From Mobula hypostoma (taxonomy: Eukaryota): 64,000 nucleotides of DNA. The notes under the pieces were generated by a model. That model ran no database searches. It was not told where the DNA came from and saw nothing but the letters and a program-made list of their open reading frames with translations. The stretch is from the NCBI RefSeq assembly GCF_963921235.1, contig NC_086097.1:115012001-115076000 (forward strand), read 5' to 3'. The translations under genes were made by a program, and so were the position numbers. Below are positions 52,801 through 63,560 of the stretch, piece after piece (the stretch's first letter is position 1; each line of letters begins with the position of its first letter).

Positions 52801-52890
52801 GTGAAGACCTGGCCTGGAGGTCAAGGTCCAGACTGGAGTCGGAGTTAGAGGTTGTGCAATAGGCACTTTGAAAGTGTTTTGGTTCGTTGG
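49823..52890 (-). mobile_element. Penelope-like element (RT, GIY-YIG, 3' terminal repeat), interrupted by a solo LTR
   Basis: FYLLPKIHKP (~51960-51990), AMGTYMGP, LRYIDNC, TDSHSYLDYTSSHP; GIY-YIG remnant TCESVGVIDCIRCSRCGL at ~49950-50010; terminal repeat at 49823-49910. Confidence 0.9.
50312..51158 (-). mobile_element. Probable solo LTR related to the Gypsy LTR at 53345-53795
   Basis: Minus strand starts TGTAAT and ends AAGCA; shares a GTGCACATTT-GACTG...AATG.GCCCTTTT...TACTAAC segment with 53537-53600; no clean TSD. Confidence 0.55.
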
Positions 52891-52891
52891 A

Positions 52892-53335
52892 ACCTCCTGG
52901 CTCACAACCAATCAGGGCCCCAAACAGTCCTACCAGGAGAGACAACACTTCATCTGTGAGTCTACTGGAGTCATCTACTGTATCTAGTGCTCCCAGCATG
53001 GCCTCCTGTATATCTTTTTTTTATGGTGTCGCACCAGACAGTCAGCCATTCTTGTCTGGAGCATGGTGTCAGGATTGGTCTCCTTTCGGATTAACCGGGT
53101 CACAATATGAACGTTCCTGACTCGACCCCTTTTTTTTTACGAGGTCGATTGGCTAGCTCGACGCTCAACCCGGCACAGATGGAAAGCGTGCTCGGGGGGT
53201 GGCCGGGCTTGGATTCGAACTTGGGAGCCTTTGCCCTGGAGTCTGGCACTGATGCCATTACGCCACCAGCCGACCCTGATATCAGTGAAACCTGGCATAG
53301 ATTGGGAGACTGTTTTGCTGAGCACCTACGTTCAA
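52892..53335 (+). mobile_element. Inverted PLE GIY-YIG segment, split by a SINE
   Basis: RQHFICESTGVIYCI*CSQHGLLYI | SETWHRLGDCFAEHLRS once 53015-53274 and one TSD copy are removed. Confidence 0.85.
53015..53274 (-). mobile_element. Young tRNA-derived SINE
   Basis: A box TGGCGTAATGG, B box GTTCGAATCC, A8 tail, near-TSD CCTGTATATC/CCTGATATC; CpG-rich. Confidence 0.85.
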
Positions 53336-53344
53336 TGAGAGACA

Positions 53345-56300
53345 ATAATGCTGGTCTGGGGCTTTTCTTTCAGCGGGAGATGAAAAGAGAAGATGCTGGG
53401 GAGAACTGGTGCTAGCATACGATCCGGTGGGAGACCCGTTTGGACTGCGAGTGACGTTCGGAGGGTGGTGTGGGCTTTCACACCGACTGAGCACCCAGCA
53501 CGTGAGCGACTGAGAAGTTCAGGCTGAGCTCCAGCTTGTGCACATTTGACTGTTTAATTAAAATGGGCCCTTTTCTTTTTGTTATTCTTTACTAACCCTT
53601 TAGTTAAGATTCATAAAAATAATTCCTTTAATCGTATGCAGTGTGCTGTCTGTTATTTCATGGCACTAGTTTGTAGCAGGGTAGCAAATTACACAGCATA
53701 CACACAAACCGGGGTCATCTCAATCTCACGAGTTTGGCAGGACTTGAGTGCGTCTTCCCTACACTTACGCAGCCAAGGAAAGCAGGGTGCTTTATTGTGG
53801 GGGCTTGTTTGGGGTCAATTTCGTTGGATTCTCTGTGATTGGCCTGAGCAGTGGGTTGTGTGTTTAAGTCCGTATTAAACTATTGTTCGGTGAAGTGATT
53901 ACGATATGTGGTTATGGATGTTGCAGGGGTTGAGTAGACTTTTGATAAAATGGCGGGCAAAGACTTTGTTCTAGTTCAGACTAGCGCTGACGTAATGGCA
54001 GTGGAACTGCCTGGTACTATTGGGGCGCTGGGAGAGGAGGGGCTATGAGCTGTCCATGCTTTCCGGGAGGAGGGGAATGTAGGAGAGTGGGCTGAATTGC
54101 AAGCTGAGTCTCCTGTAGCTGGGAGCGGAGACTTCAAAGACAGGTTGCTGTTGTTTCTCTGGAGTGAGGAGAAGGAGTGGTCAGATTTGAAATGTTTAAT
54201 GAGTCCCTGACCCCCAGTGAAGAGTGAGAATTCTGAGTTCGTATCAACCCTTACCCCTCTGGCGAATAAATGGCCCAGTGCACAGGCAGAGGGTCCTAGC
54301 TATCAAGAGCTGAGAATGTTCTCAGGGGTGAAGCCCACCCCTGAGGGGGAAGAGGAGTATGAGACTTGCGCAGAGCAGACCTCTTAGATGCTGATGAGTG
54401 GCAGTGCTCTGATGACGTAAAAGACAGTGACTGGTTGAAAGTTTGAAGGGGCCAGCTGCTGACATAGTGAAATCCGTAAAGGCACAGAGCCCCTTGCTAC
54501 GTCTGAGGGCTTCATGCAAGCACTGGAAAATGTGTTTGGTGAGACGAGAAGCCCAAAGGAGCATATGACGGGGTTTTGGAACATGTTTTAGGAGAAGGGG
54601 GAGAAACTTTCCACCTACGTTTTCCGACTAAGGAGGCAGTTGAGTTGCTTGCAGTATAGGGGAGCCATTCAAACAGCTGAAGTGTATCAGCTAAGAATGG
54701 ACCAAGTAGCAAAAGGTGCCCAGGTGCCAGACCTGATCGCTTGGGGTCTCCGAATGTTTCGTAAGATGTACCCCCTTCCCTCGTTTGTTGAGCTGATCAG
54801 AGAAGTAAGAGAGGAGGAGGATGCAATGGAGGCGCAGGAGGCCTCTGTCAGCAGGGTACAGCCCTCGGTAGTGGTTCCTTTGGCTGAGGTGACTGCTGAT
54901 AACCCACTCCGGTGAGTGGTAAAGGATCTTGTGGCAGAGCTGTCCCAGTTGTTATCGGTGGGTGCGGCCACCCCGCACAATAAAGCCAACAGGGAGTTGG
55001 ACACCCTAAGGGGACAGACTGAAAAGAGGGCTGCAAGTGAATGGGGTCCTGCGAGAAGGGGCGAGACCAGGATTGTCTGTTATAACTGTGGTGAAGTGGG
55101 ACACATCAGGCGGGAGTGTGAAGGGCAGGAAAACCCTCGAAGAGTGAGCCGCCGGGTACCTAAGCGGAGAGACCCAGAGAGGGAATGGCCTGGCACCTTG
55201 GGAGACACACGTTCCCAGCAATATATAAAGGAACACCCTAAAGCAAAATATCCTATATCTGAAAGCTTAGTGGGGCTAAACTCCAGTGTATCGCTACAGA
55301 TTGAGAGTATTTATGTTAGAGCCATAATTGATACTGGCTCTCGGGTTACTCTGTTGTACCGTTTGTTTTAGAACTGGTATTTGACGCATTTCCCATTGAT
55401 GCCACTCAGTGCGCTAGAGATCCGGGGTCTTGGCACGGACGACTATCTGTACGGTGGTTACTTGTCATTGAAGCTGGAGTTCTCGGAGTCAGATGCAGAA
55501 GTAGCCGAGGTCCTTGACACATTAGTGCTGGTTTGTCTGGAACCAGCAGAGAAGGACGAAGCTTCAATTCTTGTGGGGGACAAATACCCCTATTCTGAGG
55601 AGGCTAGTGGTAGCCTGCAAGGAGAAAGTTGGAGAGAGAGTTCTGAACACATTGTCCTTTCTGAAAACATTGTTCTGAGCTGTTTTTGAGGAAGTGCGTG
55701 GCCACGCTGGGATGAATGACGAGCATAAACGAGGGATTGTGTGGTTCACCCAGTCAAAACCAGTCATATTATGGCCTGGGGAAGTAGTGAGAGTGATGGG
55801 AAACCCCAAATTCCCCGGAATACCTGAGGCCAGGGCCCTCTTGGAGGATGCTCCGGAAGACTATGAAGAGGAGTCAATCTTACCTGCTGGGGTACTGGTG
55901 AGGCCCAAACTGCAGAAGCCCTCGGTTGTACAGGTGAACAGGATGACAGTGAGTGTCAGGAACACTTTAGAGCGAGAGGTCACTCTCAGGCAGGGGATGC
56001 CAATGGCACACCACTTCCTGGTGATGGTAATGTCCAGTGTCCCTGTGAGACAAGCCAGGGAGAAGCTCTCTCCAAAAAGAGCAAAGATGACTGCCAAGTC
56101 ATTCAACTTTGGGGTCTTCCCAGTACCTAGAGGTTGGAAGAAGAGGTTGATAGAGAAAATGTTGAAGCTGGAAGATGTCTTTTCTACTGACGAGTTTGAT
56201 GCAGGTTGTTCTAAGAGCACTCGCCACACTATCCAGGTGACAGAGGACACCCCGTTCAGAGAAAGATCGCAGTGACTGGTGCCTGCAGAGACGGAGGATG

Positions 56301-56885
56301 TTCCGCAGCATCTGCGGAAGTTGAAGGAAGCTGGGATCATCACTGAGTCCAGAAGCCCTTACGTGCCTCCAATAGTGGCGGCCAGGAAGAAGAATGGGAA
56401 GCTACATATATGTATGGACTATCGGACTCTGAACAGGTGTATAGTCCCCAACCAGAATACAGTCCTGAGAATCGAGGACATGCTGTCCTGCCTGAATGGG
56501 GCAAAGTGGTTCAGTGTGCTGGACTTAGAAGTGGGTATTACCAGATCCCCATGTGTAAGGCTGATAAAGAGAAGACAGCATTCATATCTCCACTGGGATT
56601 CTTCTAGTTTGAATGGATGCCCCAGGGCATATCAGGAGCTCCTACGACTCTCCAGCACGTCATGGAGAAAATGGTGGGAGATATGAACTTGCTTGAGGTA
56701 TTGGTGTACCTGGATGACCTCATAGTGTTCGGGTCCACCTTGGAGGATCACAAAGTGAGGCTACTGAAGGTGCTGGGCCGCCTGAAAGCTGAAGGGTTAA
56801 AACTTTCCCTGGATAAGTGCCAGTTCTGCAAGATGTCTGCCATGGGATGGAGTAGCTACGATCTGTCTAAGATAGAGTCGGTGAC
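53345..56885 (+). mobile_element. Gypsy LTR retrotransposon with PNMA-like gag, 3'-truncated
   Basis: Partial LTR, PBS-like TGGGGGCTTGTTTGGG (~53797), gag LRMFSGVKPTPEGEEEYE, knuckle CYNCGEVGHIRREC, protease IDTGS, RT CMDYRTLN / MPQG / YLDD; many stops. Confidence 0.92.
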
Positions 56886-58089
56886 TGTGGTGATATGACG
56901 TGTCAGAACATGACCAGAGAGAGTTCTGAGCAGGCGCAGAAATGATAGAATGATTGAGAACATGGTACTGTAAAAACGTGGTTTGGTTGTTGCTGTAAGT
57001 AAAAGTTCTATTTCTTTCAGAAAATGTTTCTTTATTAGTAACCCAAGGTACGTATAAATATCAAGAACAAAACATGTTGTCAGAGGTCAGTCTGGAAGAA
57101 TAATACGTTTCCTAACATGGGAGAATCGAAGATAAAAACGAGTTCAAAATGTTTTGGTGTTTACTAACAATTTTACAAATGGAAGGGCTGCGACCTCCAC
57201 CAACCCTTCAATTGTCTGGGAACATAGCGGAGAACAAATTTGATGCATTTTGTATACCGAAGTGTAATGTGACGTACGAAAGGCATAAATTTTTTACATG
57301 TGTGCAGAGATCCAGTGAAACAATTGATCAATATGTTTCTGAGTTGAAACACCAGAGTAAAACATGCGAGTTTAGAGAACTAACAGACTCTCTCATTAAA
57401 GACAGAATTGTTTGTGGCATTCGGGATAATGGTCTGAGAGAAAGACTGTTAAGAGAACAAAATTTAGACTTGGAAAAAACTTCGATGCTCTGCAAAGCTT
57501 CGGAAATTGTCACGTCACAGGCTAAAGACCTTTTCATGGAAAACTGCAACATAAACGCTGTAAAAAAGTGCGAACATATTAAAAAAAGTAAAACGACAAC
57601 AAAACCAACAGAAAGCAAGACGTCATCTGAGAGAAAAAAGCTATGTGATCACTGTAGGTGCAGGATCGGCCAAAACAGTGTCCAGCATATAGCAAAATGT
57701 GCAATGACTGCGGTAAGAATAATCATTTTTTCACGCTGTTGCAGAAGTAGAAAGAAAATAAAACAAGTAAATGCAGTGTTTGAAAATGAACTTGAGGAGT
57801 CTTATATAGATGTGCTTTGTGAAAACAAACAAAGTAAGAATGACTGGACAATTCCATTGCAAGTGAACCAAAGCAATACTCTGTTTAAACTTGATACTGG
57901 AGCACAAGTAAATGTTCTTGCAGAATCTGAGTTTAATGCATGGAAGCCAAGACTAAAGTTACATAAAACAAATATAAAAGTGATTGGGTATTCAGGTGCA
58001 GACATTCCATTTAAAGGAACATGTGTGGCAAAAGTATCACAAAAATTACTGTGCACATGGTTTCATTTGTGGTGGTGCCAAAGAAAGTA

Positions 58090-58127
58090 CAGTCCTGACG
58101 AAGGGTCTCGGCCTGAAACGTCGACTG
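58090..58127 (+). ncRNA. Minimal type I hammerhead ribozyme motif
   Basis: Stem I CAGUC (58090-94) / GACUG (58123-27); CUGACGA 58095-58101; stem II 58102-58114; GAAAC 58115-19; GUC cleavage triplet 58120-22; palindromic ACGU in place of stem III. Confidence 0.75.
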
Positions 58128-58229
58128 CACCTCTTCCTATTGATGCTGCTTGGCCTGCTGTGTTCACCAGCAACTTTGATGTATGTTGCTTGAATTTCCA
58201 GCATCTGCAGAATTCCTGTTGTTTTTGTT
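58095..58229 (+). mobile_element. 135-bp PLE-derived mini-retroelement inside the Gypsy protease region
   Basis: Perfect 11-bp TSD AAAGTACAGTC (58084-58094 / 58230-58240); the empty site restores VVPKKVQSILGLSVCERLNLVKR. Confidence 0.92.
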
Positions 58230-59008
58230 AAAGTACAGTCAATACTGGGTTTATCTGTCTGTGAGAGACTGAATTTGGTGAAAAGAGTATTAGTCCTGGA
58301 CAGTGAAACAGAGTCAGAATACAGTGACTTGATGAAAGAGTACAAGGACTCGTTCAAAGGGCTTGGTTGTCTTCCAGGAGAGCACACGATTAAAATTGAC
58401 AATACAGTGCAACCCATAGTACATCCATGTAGAAAAGTACCTTTTGCATTACATCATCAACTGAAAACAGAGCTTGACAAAATGGGATGGCTAGGAGTCA
58501 TAAAAAAAATTGATGAACCAACTGAATGGGTCAATTTGCTTGTTATAGTTGATAAGAAAAATGGAAAACTGAGGATTTGCTTAGATCCAAGAGACTTGAA
58601 TCAAGCCATTAAAAGAGAGCATTTCAAATTGCCTACTTGTGAAGAAATTATGTCACAGTTTGCTAATACAAAGTACTTTAGTGAATTAGATGCATCCTCT
58701 GGATTCTGGCAACTGAAACTAGATGAACCGAGTTTGAAGTTGTGTACCTTTAACACTCCTTTTGCTAGACACTGTTTTCTCTGGCTTCCATTTGGAATTG
58801 CATCAGCTCCTGAAGTGTACCATAAAACCATTCACATGCTATATGAGCACATTGAGGGCGTAGATAATTCCATGGATGATATTATTGTTTGGGGATCATC
58901 TAAACAAGAGCATGACGCTAGACTCAGACAAGTCTTTGAGGCTTAGGGACTTAGATCCAGAAACAAGGTCTGCCCAAATTGAAAAAGAATTGCTCAGCAT
59001 TCAGCGCT

Positions 59009-61980
59009 CAGAATCTAAAGAGTTTCGAAAAATTATCACTAATGCATCCACTATTTCTTGGGCTACTTCCTTAAGCACTCCAGGATGCAGACCATCTGGC
59101 CCTGGGGATTTATCCGCCTTTAATCCCTTCAATTTACCTAACACCACTTCCCTACTAACATGTATTTCCCTCAGTTCCTCCATCTCACTGGACCCTCTGT
59201 CCCCTAATATTTCCGGAAGATTATTTATGTCCTCCTTAGTGAAGACAGAACCAAAGTAATTATTCAATTAGTCTGCCATGTCCTTGCTCCCCATAATCAA
59301 TTCACCTGTTTCTGTCTGTAGAGGACCTACATTTGTCTTAACCAATCCTTTTCTTTTCACATATCTATAAAAGCTTTTACAGTCAGTTTTTATGTTCCCT
59401 GCCAGTTTTCTCTCATAATCTTTTTTCCCCTTCCTAATTAAGCCCTTTGTCCTCCTCTGCTGAACTCTGAATTTCTCCCAGTCCTCAGGTGAGCCACTTT
59501 TTCTGGCTAATTTGTATGCTTCTTCTTTGGAATTGATACTATCCCTAATTTCCCTTGTCAGCCATGGGTGCACTACCTTCCTTGATTTATTCTTTTGCTA
59601 AACTTGGATGAACAATTGTTGTAGTTCATCCATGCGATCTTTAAATGCTTGCCATTGCATATCCACCGTCAACTCTTTAAGTGTCATTTGCCAGTCTATC
59701 TTAACTGATTCACGTCTCATACCTTCAAAGTTACCCTTCTTTAAGTTCAGAACCTTTGTTTCTGAATTAACTATGTCACTCTCCATCTTAATGAAGAATT
59801 CCACCATATTATAGTCACTCTTACCCAAGGGGCCTCTCACGACAAGATTGCTAATTAACCCTTCCTCATTGCTCAATACCCAGTCTAGAATAGCCTGCTC
59901 TCTAGTTGGTTCCTCGACATGTTGGTTCAAAAAACCATCCCGCATACATTCCAAGAAATCCTCTTCTTCAGCACCCTTACCAATTTGGTTCACCCAGTCT
60001 ACATGTAGATTGAAGTCACCCATTATAACTGCTGTTCCTTTATTGCACACATTTCTAATTTCCTGTTTAATACCATCCCCAACCTCACTACTACTGTTAG
60101 GTGGCCTGTACACAACTCCCACCAGCGTTTTCTGCCCCTTAGTGTTATGCAGCTCTACCCATATCAATTCCACATCTTCCCAGCTTATGTCCTTCCTTTC
60201 TATTGCTTTAATCTCCTCTCTAACCAGCAATGCCACCCTACCTCCTTTTCTTTCATGTCTATCCCTCCTGAATATTGAATATCCCTGAATGTTGAGCTCC
60301 GATCCTTGGTCACCCTGGAGCCATGTCTCTGTGATCCCAACTATATCATATTCATTAATAAAAATCTGCACTTTTAATTCATCCACCTTGTCACGAATGC
60401 TCCTTGCATTGACACACAAAGCCTTCAGGAACGCTTTTACAACTCTCTTAGCCCTTATACAATTATGTTGAAAAGTGGCCCTTTTTGATGCTTGCCCTGG
60501 ATTTGTCGGCCTGCCACTTTTACTTTTCACCTTACTACTTTTTGCTTCTACCCTCATTTTACACCCCTGTGTCTCTCTGCACTGGTTCCCATCCCCCTGT
60601 TGTGAACTAACCTCCTCTCGCCTAGCCTCTTTAATTTGATTCCCACCCCCCCAACCATTCTAGTTTAAAGTCACCTCAGTAGCCCTCGCTAATCTCCCTG
60701 CCAGGATATTGGTCCCCCTAGGATTCAAGTGTAACCCATCCTTTTTGTACAGGTCACGCCTGCGCCAAAAGAGGTCCCAATGATCCAAAAACTTGAATCC
60801 CTGCCCCCTGCTCCAATCCTTCAGTCATGCATTTATCCTCCACCTCATTGCATTCCTACTCTCACTGTCGCGTGGCACAGGCAGTAATCCCGAGATTACT
60901 ACCTTTGCAGTCCTTTTTCTCAACTCCCTTCCTAACTCCCTATATTCTCCTTTCAGGACCTCTTCCCTTTTCCTACCTATGTCATTGGTACCTATACGTA
61001 CCATGACCTCTGGCTCCTCACCCTCCCACTTCAGGATATCTTGGACACGATCAGAAATATCCCGAACCCTGGCACCAGGGAGGCAAACTACCATCCGGGT
61101 CTCTGGACTGAGTCCACAGAATCGCCTATCTGACCCCCTTACTATCGGGTCCCCTATTACATCCGCCCTCCTCTTCCTTTCCCTACCCTTCTGAGCTACA
61201 GGGCCGGACTCTGTGCCGGAGGCACGGCCACTGTTGCTTCCCCCAGGTAAGCTGTGCCCCCCAACAGTACTCAAACAGGAGTACTTATTGTCAAGGGGCA
61301 CAGCCACCGGGGTACTCTCTATTACTTGACTCTTCCCCTTCCCCCTCCTAACCGTGACCCACTGGTCTGCCTCCTGTGGCCCCGGTATGACCACCTGCCT
61401 GTAACTCCTCTCTATCAACTCCTCACTCTCCCTGACCAGACGAAGGTCATCGAGCTGCAGCTCCAGTTCCCTAACGCAGTCCCTTAGGAGCTGCATCTCG
61501 GCGCACCTGGCGCAGATGTGGATGTCCGGGAGTCTTGGAGACTCCAGGGCCTCCCACATCCGGCACCGAGAACAACAAACTGCCCTCACACTCATACTGC
61601 CCCTCTCCTCAAATAACAACAGAAAATGAATACCAAACCTTCCCCGCGTCGCCCGTTTCCGCCTAAGCCCATTGAGCCGAAGCCTTAAGCCTTCACTCTG
61701 CTCCCGGCTCACTCTGCCGCCCACAAACCACGCTGCCCACTGTATGAGGCTCTGTTCCTTTTAAATCTTCCGCGCTTCACTGCCCGACGTCACACGCCTG
61801 CGCAGTCCCGCCTCTCTGAACGCCGATGGAAAAAAACCCCGAAAAATTCAAAAATGTCTTCCTCCGCACTCCCGCTCCAACTCTCAGACTTCCTTCTTCA
61901 AATCAAACCCAAAGCAGGATTTCTGTCCTTTTAAATCTTCCGCGCTTCACTGCCAGACGACACAGGCTTGCACGTCTCCT
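59009..61980 (-). mobile_element. 5' half of a CR1 LINE (5' UTR, zinc-finger/esterase ORF1, APE domain), 3'-truncated
   Basis: ORF1 MSVRAVCCSRC...CARC, coiled coil, VIGDPIVRG, GTND; APE ORF 59598-60557; near-identical to 15421-17555 in reverse. Confidence 0.95.
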
Positions 61981-62325
61981 GTCCCAATTAAGCAGCATAG
62001 TGTCCCAAATAAATGAAGGGAATCCCAGCTATCCTCAACTATTTTTTGTTCCTTAATGGATGGCCCTAATAAGTGGCAACTGCAATTACCCAGAATCCAC
62101 TATATATATTTATATATACAGTATACTGCACCTAACAAAGTGGCCACTGAATGTATGCTCATGGTTCTCTACTGCTGTAGCCCATCCATTTCAAGGTCCG
62201 ACATGTTGTGCATTCATAGTCACTGTTCTGCACACTACTGTTGCACCACAAGGTTATCTAGAGGTACCGGTCTTCACAGCACACCAATTGCAGGAAAAAT
62301 GTTGTGAACAAGGGAAACCTCTACC

Positions 62326-63560
62326 TGTCATGGTCCGGATCGGGGTTCCTTTAAATTTACCTTGTTTATGTTATGATCTGAACCGTTGATTCCCTGTTTT
62401 ACCCGTGTCCCTCTGCTTTGGTGATTAGAGGCAATCAATGCTCGGCTGAACCAGTAGTTTATAGTCTCCGGCTTTCAGCCGTTTGGCGCGGGAGCATCTG
62501 CAAAGTCATCAAAGGCATGGAGTGCCGATGTCATCTGGCCGGAGCAAGCCTAGTCTCTGCCGAAGCGAGTGCTGGTATTTCGCCCTTCCTCACCGGAGCA
62601 ACCCAGTCCAGTTACCTCGACGAGGCGAGCCTGCGAGGTTTCCTCATCAAGGTGGGTCCATCAGTTAACCCGCCGGATGGAATCAAGAACCGCTGCCTAC
62701 TGTTCCCGGGCCGAGTCGAGAGCTCGCCACTACCCAGAGGCTCCAAGTCAAGTCCTGGCTCTGGCAGCATTCAAGCACTAAGTCAAGTCCTGTCCCTGGC
62801 AGCATTCAAGCACTAAGTCAAGTCCTGTCCCTGGCAGCATTCAAGCACCAAGTCAGGTCCTGGTCCTGGCACAGTCAAGCACCAAGTCAAGTCCTGGCCC
62901 TGGCAGCATTCAAGCACTAAGTCAAGTCCTGTTCCTGGTGGCTTCCCAGTTCTGAGTCAAGTCCTGGCCCTGGCGGTCTGTGATTCCTGTCATGTTTTGA
63001 CTTGTCCTCACCTCCGTGGGGTAGGTCAGGCCATCTTGCCGTTGCCCCACAGAGGGTCATGCATCCCGGCCCTATGTCCTGTACCCAAGGAGGGGTCCCG
63101 GCTCTCTGTTCTGTGTGCGAGTCCCAGCCCTATGTCTTGTACCCAAGGAGGGATCCCGATTCTGTGTTCTGTGTATGTGTCCATGGTTCCATGTACCTGC
63201 TCTCCCGATACTGAGGCTCTGTTTTCCATGTTCCTCCTCTCCCTAGCCCATGTCATGTCCATGCCTGGTTCTGGGGTCCGAGCCCGAGGCAAGACCCAGG
63301 TACTGGGCCCTTGCCAAGTCTCGGGCTCGGAGTCCATACCCTAGCCTCTTCATGTCTCCTCTAGTTCTGGGAGCCGATTCCGAGTCCTAGCCCAGACCCT
63401 CGGTCCCAGCCTAGTCGTAGTCCTCAGTCCTTGTCCAGTTCGCTACTCCTGCTCCTGCCTAGCTCTCCTGGTATCGTAAATAAACTAAATCTAAGTAACC
63501 TCACAAGATGTGTCTTGCTTTTGGGTCCACCCTTGCTCCCAACGCCCCACCATTGTGACA
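62326..63560 (+). mobile_element. 1235-bp solo LTR with internal tandem repeats
   Basis: TGTCA...TGACA termini, perfect 5-bp TSD CTACC (62321-25 / 63561-65), AATAAA at 63479. Confidence 0.92.
62745..62975 (+). repeat. 35-bp minisatellite (~6.5 copies) inside the LTR
   Basis: Unit AAGTCAAGTCCTGTCCCTGGCAGCATTCAAGCACT at 62745, 62780, 62815, 62850, 62884, 62919. Confidence 0.92.

Larger units (their letters stand above)
56886..59000 (+). mobile_element. Second Gypsy element (Mag-like) nested in the first
   Basis: LTR TG..CA 56886-57074, PBS-like TGTTGTCAGA, gag YERHKFF..IKDRIVCGI, protease LDTGAQVN, RT LRICLDPRDLN / DASSGFWQ / SMDD, RNase H AQIEKELL after an internal deletion. Confidence 0.92.

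Noticed and set aside
53200..53274. tRNA gene
   Set aside because: A and B boxes are followed by a SINE body, A-tail and near-TSD; it is a SINE head.
57149..58231. 360-aa ORF as a novel gag fusion protein
   Set aside because: Chance read-through of a frameshifted Gypsy gag/protease into the PLE mini-insertion; the element is deleted and broken.
62745..62975. CRISPR-like ~35-bp repeats
   Set aside because: Units are directly tandem with no unique spacers, lie inside a TSD-flanked LTR, and there are no cas genes in this eukaryotic context.
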